In this document: piece after piece, positions 34,161 to 42,625 of the stretch
How positions within the stretch are numbered: position 1 is the first letter of the stretch
How the letters are laid out: each line of letters starts with the position of its first letter
DNA from: Roseibacillus sp.
GTDB lineage: Bacteria > Verrucomicrobiota > Verrucomicrobiia > Verrucomicrobiales > Akkermansiaceae
Length of the DNA: 64,000 nt
Direction: 5' to 3'
NCBI GenBank assembly: GCA_965242925.1
Contig: CBDEUM010000031.1
Location: forward strand, 1-64,000
Position numbers and translations under genes: made by a program
The notes under the pieces: generated by a model
The model's input: only the letters and a program-made list of their open reading frames with translations
Told to the model about the DNA's origin: nothing
Databases searched by the model: none

Positions 34161-34916
34161 ATGCCGAACCCGTCCCGTCCTTCCGGCTTGGAGCTGCAGG
34201 CGCTCTCCTTTTTATACTCGGTCGGCCCCTCTACTGTGGCCGTCATACTTGAAAACATCCCGGATGGAAAAGACCGCGCCTACACAACCATCCTCTCGGT
34301 GATGCAAAGTCTCGAGCGCAAGGGTCTCGTCAAACCTACCCGTAAAGGTCGATCGTACATCTACAAACCTACCAGAAGTCAAGCAAGTATCGTCTCTCCC
34401 CATGTGAAAGATTTTCTCTTAAACGCTTTCGGAGGGAGCGTATATCACGCTATTCTCCACCTACTCTCTACCGGTGCTCTGACGCCGGAAGAGAAAACCG
34501 CCGTTGAGCGTAACCTCAATAAACAAAGAGCCATGGCTGCAAAGAAGAAGACCACAAAGAGAAAAGCCGCTGCCAAGCGGAAACCTGCCCGTAAGGCTGC
34601 CAAGCGCAGCCCTGCCAAGAAAAAAGCTGCTAAGCGCAAGCCCGCCAAGAAGAAGGCTGCTAAGCGCAAGCCCGCCAAGAAGAAGGCTGCTAAGCGCAAG
34701 CCCGCCAAGAAGAAGGCTGCTAAGCGCAAGCCCGCCAAGAAGAAGGCTGCTAAGCGCAAGCCCGCCAAGAAGAAGGCTGCTAAGCGCAAGCCCGCCAAGA
34801 AGAAGGCTGCTAAGCGCAAGCCCGCCAAGAAGAAGGCTGCTAAGCGCAAGCCTGCCAAGAAGAAGGCTGCTAAGCGCAAGCCTGCCAAGCGCAAGGCTGC
34901 GAGAAAACGCCGCTAA
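34161..34916 (+). CDS. BlaI/MecI/CopY-family repressor fused to histone H1-like Lys/Ala/Pro/Arg tail
   Basis: SGLELQAL..GPSTV..AYTTILSVMQSLERKGLV..GRSYIY..AFGGS winged helix; from in-frame Met at 34533, (AAKRKPAKKK)n. Confidence 0.85.
   Translation: MPNPSRPSGLELQALSFLYSVGPSTVAVILENIPDGKDRAYTTILSVMQSLERKGLVKPTRKGRSYIYKPTRSQASIVSPHVKDFLLNAFGGSVYHAILHLLSTGALTPEEKTAVERNLNKQRAMAAKKKTTKRKAAAKRKPARKAAKRSPAKKKAAKRKPAKKKAAKRKPAKKKAAKRKPAKKKAAKRKPAKKKAAKRKPAKKKAAKRKPAKKKAAKRKPAKKKAAKRKPAKKKAAKRKPAKRKAARKRR
34591..34900 (+). repeat. 30-bp coding tandem repeat, ~10 copies
   Basis: AGAAGGCTGCTAAGCGCAAGCCCGCCAAGA; six identical copies 34651-34830 flanked by variant copies. Confidence 0.95.
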
Positions 34917-34944
34917 CGTCGCGAGACGAACACTGATTTTGTGC

Positions 34945-34977
34945 AAGAGGGACGCTTAACGGCGTCCCTCTTTTTTT
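34945..34977 (+). terminator. Rho-independent terminator
   Basis: AAGAGGGACGC-TTAACG-GCGTCCCTCTT followed by a T run. Confidence 0.9.
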
Positions 34978-35150
34978 GTGCCACAGTCAAAAGCATGCCA
35001 TCAGAAGGTCCCGGTCAGCCGTCAGGAGCCAGCATTCTGGCATCCATCCTCCCGGGGAAGGATTCATCCGTATAGTTTTTCCGCTGCTACTCCAGCAAAT
35101 CTTCCTTGCACCTTGGCAACGCTCCGGCCATCTTGCCCCCGTCATCCGAG

Positions 35151-35225
35151 GCGCGATTAGCTCAGTGGTAGAGCGCTAGCTCGACACGCTAGATGTCGCT
35201 GGTTCAAATCCAGCATCGCGCACCA
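35151..35225 (+). tRNA. tRNA-Val (GAC)
   Basis: GCGCGAT acceptor / ATCGCGC-A-CCA; TAGCTCAGTGGTAGAGC D arm; CTAGC-TCGACAC-GCTAG anticodon arm; GGTTCAAATCC T arm. Confidence 0.95.
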
Positions 35226-35285
35226 TTCTTCGCCTTGCAAAAATAGTGGCCTGAAGAATGAAACCCTCACCCCTCGGCGAGAGCA

Positions 35286-36140
35286 ATGTCAGCGATGCAT
35301 GTTGAGAACGAGCTTCCTCACCTGGTCAAGCTCCTCGACGATGACGAACCAGCCGTGCGCCAGATCCTCTCCGAGCGCTTCGCCACCTGCCGGGGAGATG
35401 TGAGCGCGGAGCTTGCCCGATTGGGAATAACTCTTGCGAACGGTGACCGAAGCCGGTTGAGCGAACTGCTTGCTCCCGGGCGGCGTCGCCAGATTCGGAA
35501 CCAGTGGGTCATCCCCCAGCAGGGTTTCAACGAAAGCAACGGGGACTGGGAAAGCTTTGAGCTCCTCCTGCGCCTTCTCAGCGAATTGCTTCACGATGGA
35601 ACCTCCCTGCGGCCCACCCTGCCGGACGCTCTCGACCAGATTACGGATGAGGCCATTCTACACGATGCTCATCGGGAAGAACGATCTCTCTGCCGCTTCC
35701 TATTTGGGTCCGGACGCTTCCAGGGCAACAAGACGGACTCCTACCACCCGGGTAATGCTGATCTGCTCTGGATCATCATGAACCGCAAGGGCAACCCCAT
35801 CGGCCTGACCGTTCTCGCCATGCTGGTCGCTCACCGGCTTGGCCTCTGCATTGGCGGCTGCAATTTCCCTGCACACTTTCTGGCCTGGATCTCAGTGGAC
35901 GGACACTCGCATCTAGTCGATTGCTTCGGAGCCGGACGCCTCATTCCGGTGGCCGAGATCCGCACTAATTCGGCTGTCCTTACTCCCGACTCCCAACGTT
36001 CCATCCAGGGCCCCTGCACCATGCGTGACATTCTTCTCCGCATCCTTCGTAACCTTCATCTTGCCTTTACCCGGAATGACCGCAGCAACGATGTTTGTCT
36101 CATCGACGAGCTCCTTCTCTCCCTGCAACCTGACCAATGA
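35286..36140 (+). CDS. SirB1 / transglutaminase-like domain protein
   Basis: LVKLLDD, FQGN..YHPGN, KGNPIGL, NFPAHFL, ILLRILRNL. Confidence 0.82.
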   Translation: MSAMHVENELPHLVKLLDDDEPAVRQILSERFATCRGDVSAELARLGITLANGDRSRLSELLAPGRRRQIRNQWVIPQQGFNESNGDWESFELLLRLLSELLHDGTSLRPTLPDALDQITDEAILHDAHREERSLCRFLFGSGRFQGNKTDSYHPGNADLLWIIMNRKGNPIGLTVLAMLVAHRLGLCIGGCNFPAHFLAWISVDGHSHLVDCFGAGRLIPVAEIRTNSAVLTPDSQRSIQGPCTMRDILLRILRNLHLAFTRNDRSNDVCLIDELLLSLQPDQ

Positions 36141-36991
36141 ATTGCAGCCAGGAAAACATCGAGTTGGACGGCTACTGTCTGCGGCGGTACGTTTTCCATC
36201 CCGATGCGGGAGTAGCTGTCCGCGGTGCGGCCTTTCACTTTCACGGCCAGGGTGACTTTTCCGAGCGCTATGGGGAAATCCTCAGGCCCTTCCTGCAGAA
36301 CGGAATCGCCTGCGTGGCTACCGACCTGCCCGGACATGGCTACTCCACGGGCGTGCGGGGACGTGTGCCCGGCTTTGAGATCGTCGATCGCATCGCGGGT
36401 TCCAATCGCAAACGCTGTCGGGAACTATGTAGTGATTATCAGGGGCCTCTCGGAATCCTAGGCCACTCCGCAGGCGGTCTCATGGCTCTCCGAGAAATGA
36501 TACAGAATCCGGACCTCTACGCGTTTTCCTGGATCAGTTCTCCACTCCTGTATCCGGAGGCAACCCAAAATCCTCTCCTTGCCCGCTTCGCCCGGCTGGG
36601 GGCCCGTCTCCTTCCCGGGCTCACGGTGTCCACAGGCGTCACCCAGGACAAGTGCAGCAGACAACCGGACCCCTGGAGGGAGAACGGAGAGTCCCGTCTC
36701 ATTCACGCACGGGTATCCATCGGTTGGGGATACGCCATGATTGCAGCTGCCCGACGGATCCGGGAGGAGCTGAAAAACGCTCCCCTGCAGCTCCCCCTCC
36801 TGATCACCCAGGGCCTCTGCGATCCCGTGTGCCCCCCGGAGTATCTGCATGCCCTGCTGGAGGAGGCTCCCCTCCCGCACCTCACGCTTCACGAATTCCC
36901 CGAGGCCCTTCATGAGCCCTTCGTCGATGAAACCAGGGAGGAGCTCTTCCACCAGATCACAAGCTGGCTCGCAAACGAGTCCATCGTGTAA
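36137..36991 (+). CDS. Alpha/beta hydrolase (lysophospholipase-like)
   Basis: HGQGD, DLPGHGYS, GHSAGG nucleophile elbow, QGLCD, HEP. Confidence 0.88.
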   Translation: MNCSQENIELDGYCLRRYVFHPDAGVAVRGAAFHFHGQGDFSERYGEILRPFLQNGIACVATDLPGHGYSTGVRGRVPGFEIVDRIAGSNRKRCRELCSDYQGPLGILGHSAGGLMALREMIQNPDLYAFSWISSPLLYPEATQNPLLARFARLGARLLPGLTVSTGVTQDKCSRQPDPWRENGESRLIHARVSIGWGYAMIAAARRIREELKNAPLQLPLLITQGLCDPVCPPEYLHALLEEAPLPHLTLHEFPEALHEPFVDETREELFHQITSWLANESIV

Positions 36992-37003
36992 GCGCCGACG
37001 ACC

Positions 37004-38077
37004 CTACGCCTCGCCCTGCGGGTAGGCCTCGTGGTACTTGATTGCCTCCACCCCAACCGCCAGGGCTGTCCCGTAGATCCCCTCCACGTCCATGGTCCGG
37101 GACACCTGGGCCGCAGGCCGCGTCAATCCGAGAATAAACTGACCATAGGATCGGGCTCCCCCCACATGAGTAAGCAGCTTCAGGGCGATGTTAGCGGCAT
37201 CAAGGTTCGGGAAGACCAGGACATCGGCCGCCTGCTTGAACTCCGCGTTCGGTAACTTGATCTCTGACGCAAGAGGATCGAGCGCCGCATCCGCCTGCAG
37301 CTCACCGTCGATATCAACTTCGTCGGGGTTCACCCGCTGACGGGCGATTTCAGTGGCCGCCTGAACTTCACGCCCCGAGGACGTGGAAGCGGAACCCTTG
37401 GTCGAATGGCTGAGGAGCGCCACCCGCGAACGCCGTCCAAGATAAACGCGTGCCAGTTGTCCGGTCTCCATCGCGATTGCTGCCAGCTGTTCACTGGAGA
37501 GGTCCTCATTGAGTCCGCAATCGGCGAGAAAGAGAACCCCCTCGCGACCGAAGTGTGCGAGGTGGGGCGCAAAAAGGATGGCTACCGAAAACACCCGGGG
37601 CACCGTGGGGACAGGTTTCACAAGGTGCAGGAGCGAACGAAAGATCGAAGCCGGAAAGCTGATGTTGCCTCCCACCAGCCCATCCGCCTGGCCGTACTGG
37701 ATCATCATGGCCCCGAAGTAGGCCGGCTGGCGGATAATCTCGGCCGCATTGGTAATCTCGATACCGCGAATATGCTCGGTCCGCTGAAGGAACTCGCAGA
37801 AAATCTCGAAATCGCCGGCCTTCTCCGGTTCCAGCACCTTTATGAAATCCAGCCCAATCCCGTGGTCCTCAGCCAGGGAAAGGATCTTCGCCTTGTCGCC
37901 AAGCAAAATGGGAATCCCGACCTCCTCCTTCACCATCTGGGCCGCCACCCGCAAAACACGCTCATCCTCACCATCGGTGAATACCACCCGTTTGGGGTGC
38001 CTCTGGAGCTTCGCAATGAGGGATTCGGTGAAGGGGTTGACCTTCGGAAACTGTGCTTGGTCGCTGGACTCTGACAT
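37004..38077 (-). CDS. pta: Phosphate acyltransferase (Pta-like)
   Basis: KRVVFTDGEDERVLR, DGELQADAAL, LVFPNLDAANIALK; start moved to MSESSD at 38077. Confidence 0.8.
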   Translation of the reverse strand: MSESSDQAQFPKVNPFTESLIAKLQRHPKRVVFTDGEDERVLRVAAQMVKEEVGIPILLGDKAKILSLAEDHGIGLDFIKVLEPEKAGDFEIFCEFLQRTEHIRGIEITNAAEIIRQPAYFGAMMIQYGQADGLVGGNISFPASIFRSLLHLVKPVPTVPRVFSVAILFAPHLAHFGREGVLFLADCGLNEDLSSEQLAAIAMETGQLARVYLGRRSRVALLSHSTKGSASTSSGREVQAATEIARQRVNPDEVDIDGELQADAALDPLASEIKLPNAEFKQAADVLVFPNLDAANIALKLLTHVGGARSYGQFILGLTRPAAQVSRTMDVEGIYGTALAVGVEAIKYHEAYPQGEA

Positions 38078-38164
38078 GGGCCTGCACTTGCGCCAGGCGT
38101 AGAACCTAGTATTCCTCTCCCCACGCGACAACGCCAAAGGCACTCTTGGCACAAAAGATTTCGC

Positions 38165-38968
38165 ATGCCGGCCGACTATCACACCCATACTCCCCTCTGC
38201 CACCATGCCAGGGGGACACCACAGGACTACATTGAGGCAGCCCTCGGAGCCGGCCTCACCGAATATGGCGTGTCCTGCCACGCACCCCTTAGACCGGAGC
38301 CCTTTGACGATTGGCACATGCTCACCAGCGATTTGCCCACCTACTTCGAATGGGTTGAAAATGCCCGCACGCACGCCGCCGGTCGAATCCCGGTCCGGCT
38401 TGGGCTCGAATGCGAATGGCTCCCCGGATGCGAGCGCTGGATCGAGGACCTCGCTTCGCGTGCCGATTGGGATTACCTCATCGGTTCGATCCACTACCTC
38501 AGCGACTGGGACTTTGATAACCCCAAGTGGTTGGGGCGGTGGGCGGAGGCAGACGTGGAGGAAACCTGGAGCCGTTACTGGGAAGAGTACGCCAGGATGG
38601 CACGGAGCGAACTCTTCGATTTTCTCGGCCACCCCGACCTGATCAAGAAGTTCGCCTATCGCCCGGATGGTGATTTGAAGCGCTTTTACGAACCAGCCGT
38701 GGAAGCCATCGCGGAATCCGGTTGCGCCATCGAACTGAGCACCGCGGGCTGGCACAAACCCTGTCAGGAACAGTACCCGGCCCGGGGCTTCCTCGCTCTG
38801 GCCTGCACGGCCGGAATTCCCCTGCTCATCAATTCCGATGCACACGCGCCCGAAGAGGTCGCCCGCGACTTCGACCGGGCCACTGCGCTCGCTCTTGAGG
38901 TCGGCTACAGGGAAACGCTCCTTTTTGAGAAACGCAGGGCGAGTCAAGTCAGCCTGGGAGAAGAGTAG
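38165..38968 (+). CDS. hisK: Histidinol-phosphatase, PHP family
   Basis: DYHTHTPLCHHA, DYLIGSIH, GHPDLIKK, NSDAHAP. Confidence 0.88.
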   Translation: MPADYHTHTPLCHHARGTPQDYIEAALGAGLTEYGVSCHAPLRPEPFDDWHMLTSDLPTYFEWVENARTHAAGRIPVRLGLECEWLPGCERWIEDLASRADWDYLIGSIHYLSDWDFDNPKWLGRWAEADVEETWSRYWEEYARMARSELFDFLGHPDLIKKFAYRPDGDLKRFYEPAVEAIAESGCAIELSTAGWHKPCQEQYPARGFLALACTAGIPLLINSDAHAPEEVARDFDRATALALEVGYRETLLFEKRRASQVSLGEE

Positions 38969-38978
38969 AGATCGCCCG

Positions 38979-39377
38979 CTAGGGACCGAGAAAGTCCAAC
39001 TCCATCAACAGCCAGGGCATCGACATTACCGCCAGGGACAGAATGAGGCCCACGCCAAAGATAACGTAACGGATCCGCCGGGCACTGAGCGGAAATCCGA
39101 GAGCCGTGATGACAACCTCGGTGTAGAGGCCCAGGCAGAAGCAGAGGTTCGCACAAAGGCCGAACACGAAAGCCCGGATTACAAGCTCGGCGGGATGCAT
39201 GATGGGGAACCCCATCCCCGGGGGTCTCCCTACCATCGCCACCTGCTGCAGATGAATGATGCGCCAGATCAGGGCGATCCCGGGCAGAAGCAGGATCACA
39301 TTGTAGAGAAGCCGCAGTTTCTCTCACGATTTTACCGTCGCGCGGCAGAATTCAATCTCCGGTGTGAGCAGTTTCAT
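38979..39377 (-). pseudogene. Small membrane protein gene interrupted by in-frame TGA at codon 18
   Basis: ATG at 39377 overlaps the upstream stop (ATGA); reads MKLLTPEIEFCRATVKS*EKLRLLYNVILLLPG.. continuing into ORF 38979..39299. Confidence 0.6.
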
Positions 39378-40729
39378 CCCAGACAGCGCGATTTCAGGTA
39401 ACCAAAGACACCCTCCGCCGAGGTCACCGCACCCCCCCCCGGACCAACGAGGACCGGTTGCTCATTCTCCGGAACCTCGTCCCGGCCGTGCGAACCCCTG
39501 ACCAAAGATGCATCCAGCGGAATGACTCGAAGCAGGGCCCGGAGACCAAGCTTCTTCCTGAGCAGGAAGGCTGCCACCTGGAGTCGAGGAAGGCTGAGGG
39601 CTGGATCGAGGTGGAGTTCAGCCGGATCATATCCGGGCTTGCGATGGATATCGACGGTGCGGGCAAAGTCGGGCGCCAATCCATCGTCCATCCAGTAGTA
39701 GTAGGTGAACCAGGCCCCCGGGGCTGACACCGCGACGAAATCCCCACTGCGCTGACCGCCAATTCCCTCTCCGAACCAATTTTCCCGGACCTCGGCCACC
39801 CCCTCTGTCGACTCCACTACGTCCCGCACTTCCTTCCGGATCGACTCGTCCCGCACATAGACATGGGCAATCTGGTGATCGGCTACTGCGAAGGCTCGAG
39901 AGGCTCCTGCATCCAGCAATTCAAGACCAAGCTCATTCTTGATCCGGATCCAGCCCTTCTCCCGGAAGATCCGGTTGAGATGCACGGGTTGCCGGACCTT
40001 TGAAATGCCGTATTCCGAGAGAAGGACAACCTCCACTCCTCGCTTCAGGAAAAACGAAATCAGCTCGTCGACGAGCCTGTCAATCGCCTCATACTCGGCC
40101 TCCATCTCCGGCGCACCAGGGCCCCACCGCTGCAAGCCATAATCGAGATGCGGAAGATAGACCAGATTGAGGTCCGGTTCCTCCTGTTCCTCGACCCAGC
40201 GCGCGGAATCGGCAATCCACTGGGAACTGGGAAGTCCGGCCTGGGGCCCCCAGAAACTCGGAAAAGGAAACTCCCCCAAGTGCCCTGTCAACTCATCCCG
40301 CAGGCCAGGAGGATGGGCATAGACATCAAAAAACTTGCGCCCGTCAGCGGGATACATCGGGCGCGGGGTGACGGACCAATCCGCGCTGGAATACATGTTG
40401 TACCACCAGAACATCTTTGCGCAGCGGAACCCCTCGCGCTCCCGTCGCACGGCCTCCCAGAGCTTCTCTCCGTGCACGAGACGATTGCTCTGCTTCCAGA
40501 AACGTATCTCCGCATCTTCCCTCTCATACCAGCCGTTCCCCACGATTCCGTGCTCCGCGGGAGAGCGCCCGGTGAGGTAGGTCGCCTGAGCGGTGGTAGT
40601 GACGGCGGGAAAGACAGGAGCGAAACTGGCCACCTCACGATCGGCCGCGAACTTCTGCATGCGCAGCATCTTGTCCGCCAGCAGCCCCCTCGTAAGGCCC
40701 ACCACATTAAGCACGGCAAGACGTTTCAT
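39374..40729 (-). CDS. Alkaline phosphatase / nucleotide pyrophosphatase family protein (EboF-like)
   Basis: LNVVGLT, FPAVTTTAQ, HGIVGNGWY, FWWYNMYS, YLPHLDY, VDIHRKPGYDP, RGSHG. Confidence 0.85.
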   Translation of the reverse strand: MKRLAVLNVVGLTRGLLADKMLRMQKFAADREVASFAPVFPAVTTTAQATYLTGRSPAEHGIVGNGWYEREDAEIRFWKQSNRLVHGEKLWEAVRREREGFRCAKMFWWYNMYSSADWSVTPRPMYPADGRKFFDVYAHPPGLRDELTGHLGEFPFPSFWGPQAGLPSSQWIADSARWVEEQEEPDLNLVYLPHLDYGLQRWGPGAPEMEAEYEAIDRLVDELISFFLKRGVEVVLLSEYGISKVRQPVHLNRIFREKGWIRIKNELGLELLDAGASRAFAVADHQIAHVYVRDESIRKEVRDVVESTEGVAEVRENWFGEGIGGQRSGDFVAVSAPGAWFTYYYWMDDGLAPDFARTVDIHRKPGYDPAELHLDPALSLPRLQVAAFLLRKKLGLRALLRVIPLDASLVRGSHGRDEVPENEQPVLVGPGGGAVTSAEGVFGYLKSRCLG

Positions 40730-40755
40730 CAAAACCCCCGAAGGTTAAGCCTTCC

Positions 40756-41916
40756 CTAATTAGGGACCGCCACAAGGGCAGCTTCCTTCAGCTCCTCCAT
40801 GCAGGCTTCGTGCTTCTCCTCATCGATCGAGTGCCGGTCCACACCCTGGCCCACCGCCTCCAGCATCAGGACGGTGAGTTCGCCCCCGAGGTGCTCCCGG
40901 AACTCCTCCAGCCCGCCATAAACCAGTCGCCTCCCCTGCTCATCCCTGATCTCCAGCGACTCGTGCCAGATCGGAAGCTGCATACTCTGTAGCAACCTTA
41001 CCACCCGCCATGCACCCTCCTCCGGAAGCCAGCCGCAGCGTGCCGAGTAGAGCGTGTCAAGCGCCACCCCCACCGAGACCGCATCGGCGTGACTCATCTC
41101 GAAGTTGGTCAACTGTTCCATCTTGTGTGCGGTCCAGTGCCCGAAGTCGAGCGGACGGCTGCTGCCGGTTTCAAACGGATCACCACCCAGCGCGATATGC
41201 CTGGCGTGCAGGATGGCGGAACGCTCCACTGCCTCTTCGAGGACCGGAGGATCCAGGGCGTTGAGCGCACCGACATTTTCTTCCAGCCAGTCAAAGAAGG
41301 ATTCGTCCTTCACCAGAGCCACCTTGATCGCCTCAGCCAGTCCGCTGCGGTTGTTGTGCTCATCCTGAGTGTAGAGAAACTGGAAGTCATTCACCACTGC
41401 GTAGGGAACCGCAAAGGTCCCGATAAAGTTCTTCTTCCCGAAGGCGTTGATCCCGTTCTTGACCCCAACCCCGCTGTCATCCTGCGCCAGAGTGGTGGTG
41501 GGAAAGCGAACGAGACGCACGCCCCGGTGCGCAGTGGCAGCCGACAGGCCAATCACATCGAGAAAGGCCCCGCCACCGATGCAGAAAACATACGAATGTC
41601 GGTCAATCCTGTTCCGTTCAATGGGAACAATCCCGTTCATGATCTGGGTCTTCCTGATCTTGCAATCCTCACCACCAGCCATGATCACGATCTCCGTGAG
41701 GACCAGGTTATTCTGCTCTGCCAGATAAGATCGGATCTGCTCCTGCAGATCGGGAAAGAGCCGGTCAATCGCGGTCTCGATGAAGACAATGACCCTGCGC
41801 TCACGCTCTGTTTCCAACAGATCGCCCACCACCTGGTTCCCCGGGGCAAAGGCATCCTTGGTAAAGCGGATGCGATGCCGGAAGGTTACCGGGATATCAA
41901 AGTCATAGTCGCCCAT
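40756..41916 (-). CDS. 3-dehydroquinate synthase-like sugar phosphate cyclase (EboD-like)
   Basis: IDRHSY..IGGGA, AHRGVR..PTTTLAQDDSGVGVKNG, DPFETGSSRPLDFGHW, FREHLGGELT. Confidence 0.85.
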   Translation of the reverse strand: MGDYDFDIPVTFRHRIRFTKDAFAPGNQVVGDLLETERERRVIVFIETAIDRLFPDLQEQIRSYLAEQNNLVLTEIVIMAGGEDCKIRKTQIMNGIVPIERNRIDRHSYVFCIGGGAFLDVIGLSAATAHRGVRLVRFPTTTLAQDDSGVGVKNGINAFGKKNFIGTFAVPYAVVNDFQFLYTQDEHNNRSGLAEAIKVALVKDESFFDWLEENVGALNALDPPVLEEAVERSAILHARHIALGGDPFETGSSRPLDFGHWTAHKMEQLTNFEMSHADAVSVGVALDTLYSARCGWLPEEGAWRVVRLLQSMQLPIWHESLEIRDEQGRRLVYGGLEEFREHLGGELTVLMLEAVGQGVDRHSIDEEKHEACMEELKEAALVAVPN

Positions 41917-42062
41917 GAGTCGCTCTTGGTAACGCAGACTACGGAAATTGGCCACCGTTTCTTGTTGCTGTTTGGAAACCAGGAAGAGGCTGGGCCATTA
42001 TCGCGCACAAGGCACACGAAAATCGGCTTTGTCGGGGATCCAACCATTGTTAGACAGGAGGC

Positions 42063-42599
42063 ATGGGATCAACCAAAACCATTGCTGAAGGACGGCATCT
42101 GGGGCTCTACGAGCGCGATGACTGGGAATTCGCCGAACGACCCAACGCCGAGGGAGTGGTCGGGATCCTGGCCCTCACCTCTCAGGACGAGGTGATCCTG
42201 GTGGAACAGTTCCGGCGCCCCATGAACGCTCCGGTGATTGAGATCCCGGCCGGTTTGATCGGTGACGAGGACGACCATCGAGGTGAGTCCCTGGCCGAAA
42301 CCGCCCACCGTGAACTCCTGGAGGAAACGGGCTATCAGGCAGAAACGATGAAACTCCTGCTCTCCGGGCCAACCTCCGCGGGAATGACCTCGGAAACAAC
42401 CCACCTCTTCCTTGCAACCGGTCTGCAACAAATCTCCGGGGGAGGAGGAGTCGGGGACGAAAACATCCGTGTGCACCGTATCCCGCTCGGCCATCTGCGC
42501 ACCTGGCTGAACGAGCAGGAAGCCAAGGGACTCCTGCTCGACTTCAAGATCCATGCAGTCCTCTGGCTCGCGGGCTGCCACGATCACGGCTTGCAATAA
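42063..42599 (+). CDS. NUDIX hydrolase (ADP-ribose pyrophosphatase-like)
   Basis: EQFRRP, EIPAGL, AHRELLEETGY Nudix box. Confidence 0.9.
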   Translation: MGSTKTIAEGRHLGLYERDDWEFAERPNAEGVVGILALTSQDEVILVEQFRRPMNAPVIEIPAGLIGDEDDHRGESLAETAHRELLEETGYQAETMKLLLSGPTSAGMTSETTHLFLATGLQQISGGGGVGDENIRVHRIPLGHLRTWLNEQEAKGLLLDFKIHAVLWLAGCHDHGLQ

Positions 42600-42625
42600 A
42601 GTTCTCCCCGGGTCCTAGTAAGACC

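Noticed and set aside
34445..34959. Repetitive alternative-frame ORFs (RLAAFFLAGL)n, (LALSSLLLGG)n, (RRRLLSASPP)n, and a possible CRISPR reading of the repeat
   Set aside because: These are other frames of the same stop-free 30-bp repeat. The units are contiguous with no unique spacers, and no cas genes are present.
38078..38947. N-terminal 290 aa of the 647-aa pta ORF as a fused domain
   Set aside because: It overlaps the real + strand histidinol-phosphatase gene; Pta similarity starts at MSESSD (38077).
39324..39326. UGA-to-Trp recoding or selenocysteine at the in-frame TGA
   Set aside because: Many genes here end properly in TGA (e.g. plsX, coaX, metX); the context is not Cys-like and no SECIS-like hairpin was evident.
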